In this document: in pieces, positions 24,903-37,551 of the stretch
Layout of the letters: each line of letters starts with the position of its first letter
Position numbering within the stretch: position 1 is the first letter of the stretch
Assembly (NCBI RefSeq): GCF_001194135.2
Contig: NC_068991.1
Span: forward strand, 58,113,146 to 58,153,166
Source of the DNA: Octopus bimaculoides
Lineage: Eukaryota
Length of the DNA: 40,021 nt
Reading direction: 5' to 3'
Position numbers and translations under genes: made by a program
Notes under the pieces: model-generated
Databases searched by the model: none
What the model saw: only the letters and a program-made list of their open reading frames with translations
What the model was told of the DNA's origin: nothing

Positions 24903-26037
24903 ACAGCAACAACAATAACAACAAAGACAAATATCATACACACATTAATACAAGAAGCAGAACAGTAATTATAATAGTAAAAATAATAACAATATTACAT
25001 TGAGAGAGACAGAGATATTCTTTCATATTTTCCACATATTGAACATATGTCTCAAGAGATACGCAATTCTAGATTGTAACGTTTATTGCTACACATGTGT
25101 GTATGTATAATATACAATTACACCTATTTGTGTATGAAAGCGTCAGATGTATGTAAAACCTATGTTAAGTGACAACGATTATCAGAATTGCAACTAGAGA
25201 AGACGTACATAACCAAGCAGAAGAAAAACCCAAACAATTACATCAATAAAAAAGGATTAAGAAATTATTCTTGGAACGAAAATCAAGGAAAACTAAGTAT
25301 CAATATTCCAATCGAATCCTTTCGGCATATTAGCATTATATTTATCAATAATACCAAGAGAGTAATTACTGCAACTATCTGCAACCATTACGTCGATATC
25401 AAAGAAAAAAAAAAGGAAATATTATTCATAGCTAGATTTAGTTGAAACAGAGCGTAAATGTGTCGAGAGCCCAAAGCAAGCCATTGTCATGTCTTGGCTA
25501 CGTTAGAAATAGATTAAGCGAAGATAAAGAAAATCTTTGCTTAGAAACGGCGTTTCTATAATCTTTGTGAAATATTCAAACGAAATAACGTTGGGACGGA
25601 AAATAAAACTTAATCCTGACTCGGGAGGATTTAAAGCATTCGCAAACCGATTTATTCTGAATCTTGATAAATATATTTTAAGGAAATATATTATTTGAAG
25701 TATGATGTTTATTCTTGCGATCAGTGTCTTAATGTAAGTGTTAAAATCTCCGTGAATCATATGATCGAATCGGTTTCGATTCCCACGTGAGCAGACATTG
25801 ATTCACATAAGCTATGAATACCCTGGAGGGAAACATGAAAGTAAAAGCCATGCGTTCTGTTTTCTTTCCATACACATCACTCGTTTTATACAAGAAGAAG
25901 TTTTCAGTTATTCCTCGCCAAGGAGATATTTATATCGCTTCAATAATTCATAGCTATTTAGACATAGCACATTCACTTAAGCATTGTCAGAATACGCAGG
26001 ATGTAGCCCTTACAACCTTGCTTCAACGATAGGATTG

Positions 26038-26155
26038 CAGCATGTTGGAGCATTGCATTAGAGGCTTTTGTCAAACAAATCAAACTCGGTGCCTATATAT
26101 TTTTCTAAGTTTGGTACTTATTTTATAGATTCATTTTGCTGAACCTCTAAGACTG
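26038..26155 (-). mobile_element. SINE family D 3' fragment
   Basis: CATGTTGGAGCA..GTCAAACAAATC..GGTACTTATT resembles 13350-13430. Confidence 0.6.
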
Positions 26156-26480
26156 TGAGCTGACTGGGTGGTTAGCACGCCGAATAATGTTTACAGGCAT
26201 TTCGTCCGCCTTTACATTCAAATTCCGCCGAGGTCGACTTTACATTTCATGTTTTCGGGGCCGATAGGATAAGAAGCATTGGAACACTGGGGTCGATGTA
26301 ATTGACTTAGTATCTCCCCACAAACCGCTGGCCTTGTGTTAAAAATTTCACAGTGATCTGACAGAATTGTTAGCACACCAGACAATCTTTTGCGGCATTT
26401 CGCCTATCTTTGCGTTCTGAGTCCAAATTCCGCCGAGGTCGACATTGACTTCGAGGTCGACTTAATCGACTACTGCAGCC
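26155..26480 (+). mobile_element. Two tandem SINE family A copies
   Basis: CAAATTCCGCCGAGGTCGAC occurs twice (near 26220 and 26425), each preceded by GTTAGCAC. Confidence 0.85.
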
Positions 26481-27134
26481 ATGATGTCCCTGCGTTCAAC
26501 TATGAAACTATTATTAATAATTTGGTTGATGTCCCGCCAGGGTCTATAAATTTACTTTAACGGAGAAGTCTTCGAAGGAAAGTATCTAAGGACAGCGAAT
26601 CGACAAAATCCTTAGAGCGTCGAACAAAATGATTTATAGTCTGTACTCTGATTCTTAACCTTCTGAGTTGCGATGTATCCTGACGAGATAAAATTTTATT
26701 TTTCATCACTCCGGCGTCCGTAAAATATACAACCGATAATAATGGCGTCGACAACCACTTCCCTCAGCAACCCCTTCTTTTTTGCCTTTGTATTCTTTTA
26801 CATCTTACAATTGCAACTATCGGTACAAAAGCAAGTTTGCCAGTTAGCGTAAAAATTAGATTTACTTTCCTTATAATTAGTATACGATGTGGGGTTATGT
26901 GTGCGTGAATGAATCTGTGAGTGCTCGTGTGCACAATTTGGAGTTTGTATTGTATTTAGGAATGATGAGATATGAACAGATATATGTGCGCGGTTATTCT
27001 AGTCTGTACGTATGAATAAGTGTGAATGAATGTGACTAACATTCTATGAATATATTCTTTTTTTAATATAATAACATAATACGGCATTCTAACATAGATA
27101 CACAAAAAATTGATGCATATACTAATGTAATATA

Positions 27135-27175
<41 letters not shown>

Positions 27176-28266
27176 TTAGTGGTAGATATAATATAAGCAT
27201 ACGTGTGGGCGTCATGTACACGCAAGTTTATTTCTGTGCCACTGTGTGTGTGCGTGTGTGTGAGTGTGTGTGTGAGTGTGTTTGTGTGTGTGTGAGTGTG
27301 TGTGTATGGAGGTTGGGATGCACTTTGCCAAAGATATCTCGCATTTCATATTCTTTTGTTGCCATGTTGCCTTTTTCAGAAACGATTCTTTGATTAATTG
27401 AAATTTGAACATCTATTGTTTAAATTTGAATCCCCGCCAGCCAAGAAAATCGCATTCATTAACATGTATATTATGCATACATCCATACATTCATGCATAC
27501 ACACATACATGCATACATGCATGAATACACAAACACATCACACACACACACACATACACACACACACGCACCCACAAACACACACACGCACACACGCACA
27601 CACACATACACACACACATATGTATGTATGTATATGCATATGATTATTTCTGAAACGTGTGTGCCTAGGTCTGTTTGTCGCTTTTAATTTATCATTCCTA
27701 ATCTTATGCATGTAATCTACCAGCGGGTATAAATAAATAATAAAAAAACGTGAACAATCAACGCTTATCGGTTACCAACACTAACACATTCAGGCCCTCA
27801 CCGCTCTCTGTATTATTCGCTGTTGATATATGTACGGATGTGAATGAAGACTAATTAACAGATACAAATAAGCTAATTAGTTCGTCATCAACGAATAGCC
27901 GTATAAGGATTTGAAAACGCCTTGCGGTAGTCATTATTAGTTGTTAGAAAAATCTGAAAGAGAGGTTAGTGGAGATTTAACTGCGATTTGGGCAGGATTT
28001 AACGAAAGAAGTACGTGTCTAAGACAAATTGAAAAACTTACTCAACTCTATCCGTTCGCTTTTATATACATAAGTAAAAGAAAGATATATTATCACACGC
28101 CAAAGTATTCACAAACGTAGGAATACGTAGACACACACAATCACGCAGATGCACGTACATGATATATAGATTGAGTGGGCGATATAGATAATGAGAATGA
28201 CAGAAATACGTATTTATGTATATCTAATGTTATATTGGGGAAGAAGAGTGGGTTTGGAATTTTGCA

Positions 28267-28640
28267 GTGGTGATCGTAGTTTCGACTCCAGACCGGCTCA
28301 GTGTGTTGTGCTCTTGAGCAAAACCCTTTGTTTAACAATACTCTGGTTTCGATCTAATGATTAACCCTGCGGTGTAGCCCAATGGGTTTGTGTGTAATAT
28401 TCACGATCGAAATATCGAGGTTTCCATTCCAGGACCGGGCGCGTTGCATTGTGTTCTTGAGCAAAATACTTCATTTCACAGTACTCCAATCTTAGTCAAC
28501 TGTAAATGTGTAACCCTGTGAGGTGACCTAATCATTAGGGGTGTTAAACCACGATCGTAATATCGTGGTTTCGACTTCAAGAGGGGATATGAAGCGCTGT
28601 TTTCTTCAGCAATGTACTTCATTTCACATTACAGTAATCC
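28267..28640 (+). repeat. Tandem array of three truncated family B SINE units (about 140-150 bp period)
   Basis: Units start near 28267, 28402 and 28550 and read GATCG..GTTTC(G/C)A..TT(G/C)AGCAA..CTT..TT(T)A/CACA. Confidence 0.7.
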
Positions 28641-28737
28641 TTCGACTATCGTGGGGTGTAACGTTCCACAACCCGCCGATTTCGGTGAAAGCTCGCGAAG
28701 TAGAAACAGTACTGTATGGTTTATATATATATATATA

Positions 28738-28792
<55 letters not shown>

Positions 28793-29989
28793 ATATATTT
28801 ATTTTTATAATTTGTATATTTTTTAATTACAGATGTAAAACAACACCACGGAGGATTGGACGTAAGTTTAAATAATAAACCGCGGTTGATGAAGCGCGTT
28901 ATGGCGACGGATTATAGTACTCCAGTCCTAATCAGGTTTAAATGTTTAACCCTGCGACTGACTGCCATCCATTTACATTGAATGATTGCATCTCACATCT
29001 CAGTATGTAATATACCATAGAGATTGAGTGACCAGCCTAGAGGCTCTGGGACCCGTAATATGAAATAAATAAATGTATAATTGAATTGTTGTTATATCGT
29101 GTCTGTGTATTCCTAGAAACGAAATGGTAGCATGCTTAATATGAACGATGGCATTTTATTCATTAGGCTTTCAAATCTCATGCAAACAATATTTTTGTGT
29201 ACCTGACTACGACGTTTTTTTTCACTTCTATAATTCTTTTCTGTCTTTTCTCTCTTCTATAATTCTTTTCTCTCATGTAGATTCATATGATTAGATGATG
29301 CTTAATTTTTCATTTTCATTTCTTCAAATGCGGTTATGCAATCTTCTTGATGTAAATGAATTTGAAATTCTCTTCCAGAAGAACGTAGAGAGCCGGTGCT
29401 GTTTTGGCGGTTGTTGCTGTTGGTTTTCTTGTTCGTAGTACAGGCGTCGGTGGCGGCGGAGTTTGTCCTTGTAGTTATTCTTACTTTCCTCCTTATTTTT
29501 CTTTTCCTTGTTTTTTCTCCTCCTACTTCTCCGCCTCCTTCTTCTTCATTTCCTCCTTTATATCCTTTATCTCCTCCCACTTCTTATTTACCTCCTCTAC
29601 CTTCTCTTGCTCGTTCGTCTTCTCTATCGCATGTATTCCTTCACTTACTGTAATCGATAACTATAATTGATAATATGCGTTTCAGTCATGACTATCTGCG
29701 CAGTTTCTTTAGGACCCCTATGATATATTATACCATGTATTCTTCCTGTTTTTAAGAGGGCATGGTAGTAATTTCAGAAAGGTTTAGCAGTCGTTTATAG
29801 TAGGTCGGGTGAACCCGAAGAAAGCAACCACCAACTACATCACAATTAAGCAGTAATCTATTTAATTCCTTCTGCGGTCTAAAGTAATATCGCAGTTTTC
29901 ATTATAATCCTTTCTCCAAAATGCACAACTCCAGCAGTTATTTTCTTTTTTTTTTTTGGGTGGAGGGGCTTGTGGTGGGGACTCTAAAT

Positions 29990-30140
29990 ATATTACATTG
30001 ATCCCCAATGTTCAACCAGTACTTATTTTATCGACCCGCAAAAGGATGAAAGACAATGCTGACCACGTCAGAATTTGAACTCAGAACATAATGATGGACA
30101 AACTCCTATTAAACAGTTTGTCTGGCGTGCTAACGCTAAT
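29990..30140 (-). mobile_element. SINE family A, diverged copy
   Basis: TATCGACCCGCAAAAGGATGAAAG..GAATTTGAACTCAGAAC..GCGTGCTAACG. Confidence 0.8.
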
Positions 30141-31235
30141 GGTTGTGCCAACCCGTCGCCACAATCTTCGCAAAGAAAATGTGTTTCATACACTTGTCGA
30201 ACAATTGGATTTATGTCTTTGAACAGTCACGGAAGGAATCACTGTGAAGGCTATCGGGTACTTTTTATCCTTAGTTCCCAGCTCCCGCATTGTTTTATTT
30301 GATATCACGGTGATTCATCCTGAGGATCATATAAACGCAAACCTTCTCAAAATTTGAATAACAATGAACTATTGAAGTGTGGCAGGTATCATTAGCTTAA
30401 CGCAAAATAAGTAATAGTTTTCTAATATATTTCTCGTGTCTATTTAAAAGATTTCACCCTATTGAACTTTCGATATGGAGTGTGCCACTAATTTTATAAT
30501 GGATTCCCAATCTTCCACGACATGACTACACGAAGAGTGGATGTGTTTGTAGGATAATCAATTCTAAGTTAATTTAACGATGAAGTGTATCAATTGATAG
30601 AACAATCTGCTTGCCGTCCAAACCAAAAGAGTCTTTATAAGATATCAATACGCTTGGTGTTTATCGATTTTATTACTAGAGTATTCGAATAATATCGTTA
30701 AGTGGGATTGCCTCAGCGAGTAAAATATGCAGCCTTTTGGTCCGCTCTCCTTTCAGAGAGCAGTTGGTAAAGTCGAAAATATTTTTGTGGAGATAAATTT
30801 CGGCGAAAAAGGATTTCACACTTGTTTATAGGCATTATCCAAAAGCCTGGAAAGTAATATTTTTCTTCGCTTCGGTCTATTAAGAACTAATCTTTGAACA
30901 GTTATGTTACAGTTCCACAAACGAAAGCAGATCGTAAATACAAATATGGATGAATGAAAGGTGAATTCATGTTCGTGTATATTCGAACGTGTAAGACAAT
31001 ACGCTGCACAAGAAGAAATTCTTTCGAGACAAAGTAAATATAACAAGTATTAATCACAGCCATTGTTCTGATTTAATAATTGTTTTTAAGATATTAAGGA
31101 GATGGTATATTTTATATCTACATATAGATATAAAAAATTTGAATTATCATTAACTTTACAAGTGCAGAGTAAATATTTTTACCATACAAAAACACACATA
31201 CACGCGTACACACACGCACTCACATATGTATATAT

Positions 31236-31438
31236 GAAATAATTAAGATTCAGTTGAATTAGATATTTAAGTTGAGACACCATATTAGTCCGGTATTGTC
31301 CGTACAGCTCCAAGTTGAGTGAATAAAAATCAAATGAATAATAAGTATGTCCATGTATTAGTATTTTACGGCCGTTTCAAGCAGTTCCATTTAATCGATC
31401 AATGCCGGCATTACATCAATTTGAAATAAACCGCTCTC
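31236..31438 (+). mobile_element. Unclassified interspersed repeat family E, copy 1 (runs into a gap)
   Basis: Aligns with 39478-39684 (GAAATAATTAA.ATTCAGTTGAA..TTGTCCG..CCGTTTCAAG..CATTACATCA.TTTGAAAT.AACCG). Confidence 0.75.
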
Positions 31439-31706
31439 NNNNNNNNNNNNNNNNNNNNNNNNNNNNNNNNNNNNNNNNNNNNNNNNNNNNNNNNNNNNNN
31501 NNNNNNNNNNNNNNNNNNNNNNNNNNNNNNNNNNNNNNNNNNNNNNNNNNNNNNNNNNNNNNNNNNNNNNNNNNNNNNNNNNNNNNNNNNNNNNNNNNNN
31601 NNNNNNNNNNNNNNNNNNNNNNNNNNNNNNNNNNNNNNNNNNNNNNNNNNNNNNNNNNNATATATATATATATATATATATATAATGAAACAATCAAGTC
31701 GTAAAA

Positions 31707-31747
31707 CATCATCATGACTGGTGACTGCATCACCAGTCATGATGATG
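31707..31747. repeat. Perfect 18-bp inverted repeat with a 5-nt loop
   Basis: CATCATCATGACTGGTGA-CTGCA-TCACCAGTCATGATGATG. Confidence 0.95.
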
Positions 31748-32008
31748 CAGTCTTTCCTGCAAACGCACAAATCTATTCACGAATATCTCTGTTATGAAAT
31801 ATTGCAAATACCGCATGCCGACGCTTGTATTTACACATTATAAATCTTATACATATCCGTATGTAACCAATATTTGGTATTCAATCTATTATGTTATAGT
31901 ATTTGCTTCAAGTTATCATATTTGTCACAAAAGACTTTTGGTAAAATCTTGCAACCATTATGGAAATACGTCCTCTGTTGTATTATACCATACGTAAGAA
32001 ACATTATA

Positions 32009-32270
32009 AAAGGTGGATTCCGGAAGTTTATAAACATTTTCAGAACATTCATTAATTTCACAGAATTGCAAATCTCTAATCTCCTTCAAATTAGGTTACC
32101 CTAATTTCAAATGCACTCGTTGCAGCGCTCGAACCACATCATGTGCACCCCGTGGAATTTCTCCAAATTTAACGAGCCCAGGAACTTTGTCACAAACTGC
32201 ATAATCTTCAAAAACCACAATTATAAATGCGTCGCTTAAAAGAAACTCAAAACTTCTGAAATTCATCTCG
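32009..32270 (-). mobile_element. Internally deleted mariner element (MITE-like)
   Basis: TA on both sides. The ends match at 17/23 as inverted repeats (counting the TA). Minus strand 32163-32076 reads EKFHGVHMMWFERCNECI/EIRVT*FEGD* with one frameshift, like a mariner C-terminus. Confidence 0.7.
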
Positions 32271-32847
32271 TATATAAGTTAGTGTGTATGCGTTTATACA
32301 TATGCATGTATATTTACGCACGTATATACACAATGTGTGTGTACGCGCGCGCGCGAGTGTCTATGCGTAATAATCCATATTGCAATATTGTCCTTATCTT
32401 CAAATTTTCACCTAGTTTTGCTTACGTACACCTGACAGAATATATTTAATTCAAACACACCTGCCATATTAATATGATGTCGATGCTACCAATTAGCGTT
32501 TCTGAATAAAAGTCTTATTCATTCACAGAATAATCTTCATATCTTTCATAAAATATAAAATGTCAACTACAAATACTCATATATATATATATATATATAN
32601 NNNNNNNNNNNNNNNNNNNNNNNNNNNNNNNNNNNNNNNNNNNNNNNNNNNNNNNNNNNNNNNNNNNNNNNNNNNNNNNNNNNNNNNNNNNNNNNNNNNN
32701 NNNNNNNNNNNNNNNNNNNNNNNNNNNNNNNNNNNNNNNNNNNNNNNNNNNNNNNNNNNNNNNNNNNNNNNNNNNNNNNNNNNNNNNNNNNNNNNNNNNN
32801 NNNNNNNNNNNNNNNNNNNNNCGTGCGTGCATTCATAGGCAGACATA

Positions 32848-33044
32848 CGAGGTGTCTGAAAATTTCCTAGTTTGGCGGGTATCACAAAACGCCTTCTACT
32901 TCTTCTGCAGGGTTTTAAAAAAATGAAGGACCGCCGCAATAAATCTATGAATCTTTGAGAGGAATATGTTGAATAAAAATGTTAATTAACCGTTCCTCCT
33001 GTATTTTCTTTTACCCAAAGCCAGGAAATTCTCAATACCCCACG
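32848..33044 (+). mobile_element. Internally deleted mariner element (MITE-like)
   Basis: TA-CGAGGTGTCTGAAAATTTCCTAG...CCAGGAAATTCTCAATACCCCACG forms imperfect TIRs. 32905-32976 reads LQGFKKMKDRRNKSMNL*EEYVE*, like the mariner C-terminal 'G.YVE*'. Confidence 0.75.
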
Positions 33045-35105
33045 TGTATATATGTGTGTGTTTGTGTGTGTGTGCGTGCGTGTGTGTGTGCGCGCGCGCG
33101 CGGGCGGGCGTGTGCATGACTGCGTGTAGCTACTGAGAGAGTGTGGATTGAAAAGAGACTGATATTTAAAAGGCGATTGAGTCACCAAACATTCTATCTT
33201 TTCGGAAGAGAAATTTAGAAGGAAAGTAAACATGCGAGAAAAGCAAAGACTTCAAATGAAGTCTAAGTGTAAATCTGAATGAAAACCGAAAGAAAGAAAA
33301 AAAAAATAAATAAACCACAAAATTAGAAAATATGAAGAAGAAAATAAAAAAAGAACGTAATAAGAAGGAAAGAGATATTGACATAAAAAGAATTATGAAT
33401 GAAGCGAAAGATATATAGTATGAGATAGATAAACGGAAGTGAGTTAAATAAATAATGAAAAAGGAGACAAAGAAATAAATGGAGAATTTACAACTATTTA
33501 CGTATGCATTAAAATAATTAGAATGCTTTTCAAAAGATGTCAAAATGGTGGCCTTATTTTGGCAATGAACATATTACTTTAAAGCCACGTGATCTGATAA
33601 AATTAGCAGAACTGAAGAATACATATTCTTGGTGGTCTTTTAAAACAGTGTTTTGTATGCGTGAAATGATAAGAAATGTAACGTGGAATTGTGAACGAAA
33701 CCGGATTTAAATAGTTCAGTCCTAATTTATATTTGTACAATATGTATTTTCTGAAACTTTTTTATTTTTTGCTTTTTGATGTTGGCTGATTTATATTATT
33801 ATATATATTTTTTTTTGCTTGTTGTTATTTACTTTCAATTTGGTTGGTGTTTTTTGTCCTTTTATTTTTTTTTTCTTCTTTTGTTGCAAAAATATTCATT
33901 GCAATTCAGGAAGAATATGTATGCGCATGAGTGTGTGTGTGTGTGTATTTTTATAGCCATATATGTGTAGTGTGTGTGCGTGTAAGTATATATATACATA
34001 TGTATAGGTATACACACAGACATACACACACAAACACACACAAATGCACACATGTATATACTTCCATACATATATATATACATATATATATATATATGTG
34101 TGTGTATATATATATGTGTATAAATATGTATGTATATCCGCTAATATATATACATATCTGTGTGTGTATATATATCTATATCTATATCTATCTATCTATA
34201 TATATATNNNNNNNNNNNNNNNNNNNNNNNNNNNNNNNNNNNNNNNNNNNNNNNNNNNNNNNNNNNNNNNNNNNNNNNNNNNNNNNNNNNNNNNNNNNNN
34301 NNNNNNNNNNNNNNNNNNNNNNNNNNNNNNNNNNNNNNNNNNNNNNNNNNNNNNNNNNNNNNNNNNNNNNNNNNNNNNNNNNNNNNNNNATATACATATA
34401 TATCAACTTGCATGTATGTATGAACATACTGTTATATATGATTATAGATATGTGTAGAACTGTGGTGCATGTTAGTCTCTGTGAATATTCATACACACAC
34501 ACATATATATATATTTATAAACACACAAATATATACACACACACACAAATACAACCGCATAAAATAAAACATATTTATGTGCGTGAGCGGTTAAATGTAT
34601 AGTTGCGTTTCAACGTATGTATATAAAATGTCTTTAATTTACATGTAATATATTCTTCTGGTCTTTACAGATAACTCACACTCTGGGAGATGTTTAAACC
34701 ATTGAAACGGTTGTTCAGTGAATTAAGTGGAAGAGGAAAGGAATGTATGCTGCTGGTTTTTCTCTTAGAAAATAACATGAAAGAAACGAAAGAGTAAGGA
34801 AACGTACAAAAGAAAAAAAAAACCAAAGCCATAAGTGAAAGAAGCATAATAATAAAGATGTAGAGCGAAGAAAGGAGAGAAGAAAGGAGTGATGTCACGA
34901 TTTTTGAAAAAATCGGAACATAAAATTCTGAGAGAGATTGGGGAATAATGAAGAATATGAACGAAGAATCTAAATGAAAGATTAAAATAATAAATACATC
35001 CTTCTATACATTCTTCCCATCCTACACTCCTTTCCTTTGTCGATCGCAGTCTGCTTGTACGTGTACTTATATATACATAAATTTTACATATGTATATATA
35101 TATAC

Positions 35106-35960
35106 NNNNNNNNNNNNNNNNNNNNNNNNNNNNNNNNNNNNNNNNNNNNNNNNNNNNNNNNNNNNNNNNNNNNNNNNNNNNNNNNNNNNNNNNNNNNNNN
35201 NNNNNNNNNNNNNNNNNNNNNNNNNNNNNNNNNNNNNNNNNNNNNNNNNNNNNNNNNNNNNNNNNNNNNNNNNNNNNNNNNNNNNNNNNNNNNNNNNNNN
35301 NNNNNNNNNNNNNNNNNNNNNNNNNNNNNNNNNNNNNNNNNNNNNNNNNNNNNNNNNNNNNNNNNNNNNNNNNNNNNNNNNNNNNNNNNNNNNNNNNNNN
35401 NNNNNNNNNNNNNNNNNNNNNNNNNNNNNNNNNNNNNNNNNNNNNNNNNNNNNNNNNNNNNNNNNNNNNNNNNNNNNNNNNNNNNNNNNNNNNNNNNNNN
35501 NNNNNNNNNNNNNNNNNNNNNNNNNNNNNNNNNNNNNNNNNNNNNNNNNNNNNNNNNNNNNNNNNNNNNNNNNNNNNNNNNNNNNNNNNNNNNNNNNNNN
35601 NNNNNNNNNNNNNNNNNNNNNNNNNNNNNNNNNNNNNNNNNNNNNNNNNNNNNNNNNNNNNNNNNNNNNNNNNNNNNNNNNNNNNNNNNNNNNNNNNNNN
35701 NNNNNNNNNNNNNNNNNNNNNNNNNNNNNNNNNNNNNNNNNNNNNNNNNNNNNNNNNNNNNNNNNNNNNNNNNNNNNNNNNNNNNNNNNNNNNNNNNNNN
35801 NNNNNNNNNNNNNNNNNNNNNNNNNNNNNNNNNNNNNNNNNNNNNNNNNNNNNNNNNNNNNNNNNNNNNNNNNNNNNNNNNNNNNNNNNNNNNNNNNNNN
35901 NNNNNNNNNNNNNNNNNNNNNNNNNNNNNNNNNNNNNNNNNNNNNNNNNNNNNNNNNNNN
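35106..35960. other. Largest assembly gap (855 N)
   Basis: Run of N between TA-rich and (TG)n tracts. It produces the three longest entries in the ORF track. Confidence 1.
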
Positions 35961-36005
<45 letters not shown>

Positions 36006-36159
36006 CGTATGTATTTGTGTGTGAGTGAGTGTGGGTGTGAGTGAGTGTGGGTGTGAGTGGGTGCGTGTTTGCTTCTGCGTTTATCTCTGTGTGTATACGT
36101 TAATATATCCCTGTATACTTGCGATTGTGCCTTGCGTATGTACGTTTGTGTGCATTTGA

Positions 36160-36935
36160 ACGTGTCAATCTTTTCCGTTGTACCAGAACAAGTATCTCCA
36201 CAAATTTGGTTACTAATGCAGTACAGCAAGAAAGAAGCCACTTCTTCGACCATCCAACATCAAGCGGAGAAATGATCGGACCAATAAGATGGTGGAGAGG
36301 CCACTAGCATCTTAGGACACGGTCATATTCTCTCATGAGTCCAGATTTGCTATCTTTCTTGACTGTGGTCGAGTGTGGTATCTGGAAATTCTGTGCTCAA
36401 GAATTTGATGTGAAAATATTGCAGTCGACAATGAAATATGTCAGGTTCTCTGATCGTCTGAGGAGCAATATAGAGCAATGGTTGATCAGAGTTGGTGTAG
36501 TGTGGAGGGAACATAAACTCAGATAAAGGGAGAAAACCTAAACTCAGATAAATATGTGTCCATATTGAAGAAAGGATTCCTTCCAATCTTCGCCAGTGCT
36601 GAAATGATTAAAGAAGACTCTTTATTTATGGAAGATGGGGCTCCTTGTCACTCGGCGAAAATTACCCAAGATTTGTTGGATGAAAATGACATTAAAAAGC
36701 TTCCATGACCAAGCCAGTCACCACATATGAACCCTATTGAACACCTCTGCAACATAATGGATAGGACACTTCATAAAAGAACAAGAAAGCCTCTCCGAAG
36801 CCAGATTTTTTGAGATTACTGTATGAAACTTGGCAAGAAATTCCGCAAGAGAATATTCGCCATCTCATCCTAATAGCGTCCTTGCACTGGACCTTAATAG
36901 GGTCCAATGCAAAGGCCGTTTGTACTAAATATTAA
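36160..36935 (+). pseudogene. Decayed Tc1-family (DD34E) transposase
   Basis: Peptide blocks ARKKPLLRPSNIKRR..*DTVIFSHESRF (36226-36348) and FMEDGAPCHSAK...LP*PSQSPHMNPIEHL, with D at 36634 and E at 36739, 34 residues apart. Ends CTKY* at 36935. Multiple stops and frameshifts, and the first catalytic Asp reads His. Confidence 0.93.
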
Positions 36936-37502
36936 ATATTTACATTATAACGATTACTAAATAATCTGAACGTATAATTTGAGATTTAAATAAATTTTAA
37001 TTATTATAATGATGTTCATTTAATTGTCATATGTGTGAATACACACACACACACACACACACACGTATGTATGTATGTATGTATGTATGTATGCATGCAT
37101 ATATGTATGTATACGTATGTATATATGTGTGTGTATATACATGAATATGTATATATTTTATATCATATTTTACTGAAGGTTAGTTACATACGTACATACG
37201 TAAATATATATATATAGATATATANNNNNNNNNNNNNNNNNNNNNNNNNNNNNNNNNNNNNNNNNNNNNNNNNNNNNNNNNNNNNNNNNNNNNNNNNNNN
37301 NNNNNNNNNNNNNNNNNNNNNNNNNNNNNNNNNNNNNNNNNNNNNNNNNNNNNNNNNNNNNNNNNNNNNNNNNNNNNNNNNNNNNNNNNNNNNNNNNNNN
37401 NNNNNNNNNNNNNNNNNNNNNNNNNNNNNNNNNNNNNNNNNNNNNNNNNNNNNNNNNNNNNNNNNNNNNNNNNNNNNNNNNNNNNNNNNNNNNNNNNNNN
37501 NN

Positions 37503-37551
<49 letters not shown>

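Noticed and set aside
25503-25760. Minus ORF starting MIHGDFN, like the APE-type endonuclease GDFN motif
   Set aside because: The flanking residues do not resemble an endonuclease domain, so a chance match is likely.
26680-26710. CTGACGA followed by an AU-rich hairpin
   Set aside because: No GAAA follows the hairpin and there is no stem I.
29302-29670. Overlapping open frames (K/E/R-rich on minus, S/F/P-rich on plus)
   Set aside because: It is a decayed (GAG/AAG/AAC)n purine tract, open in several frames because of low complexity.
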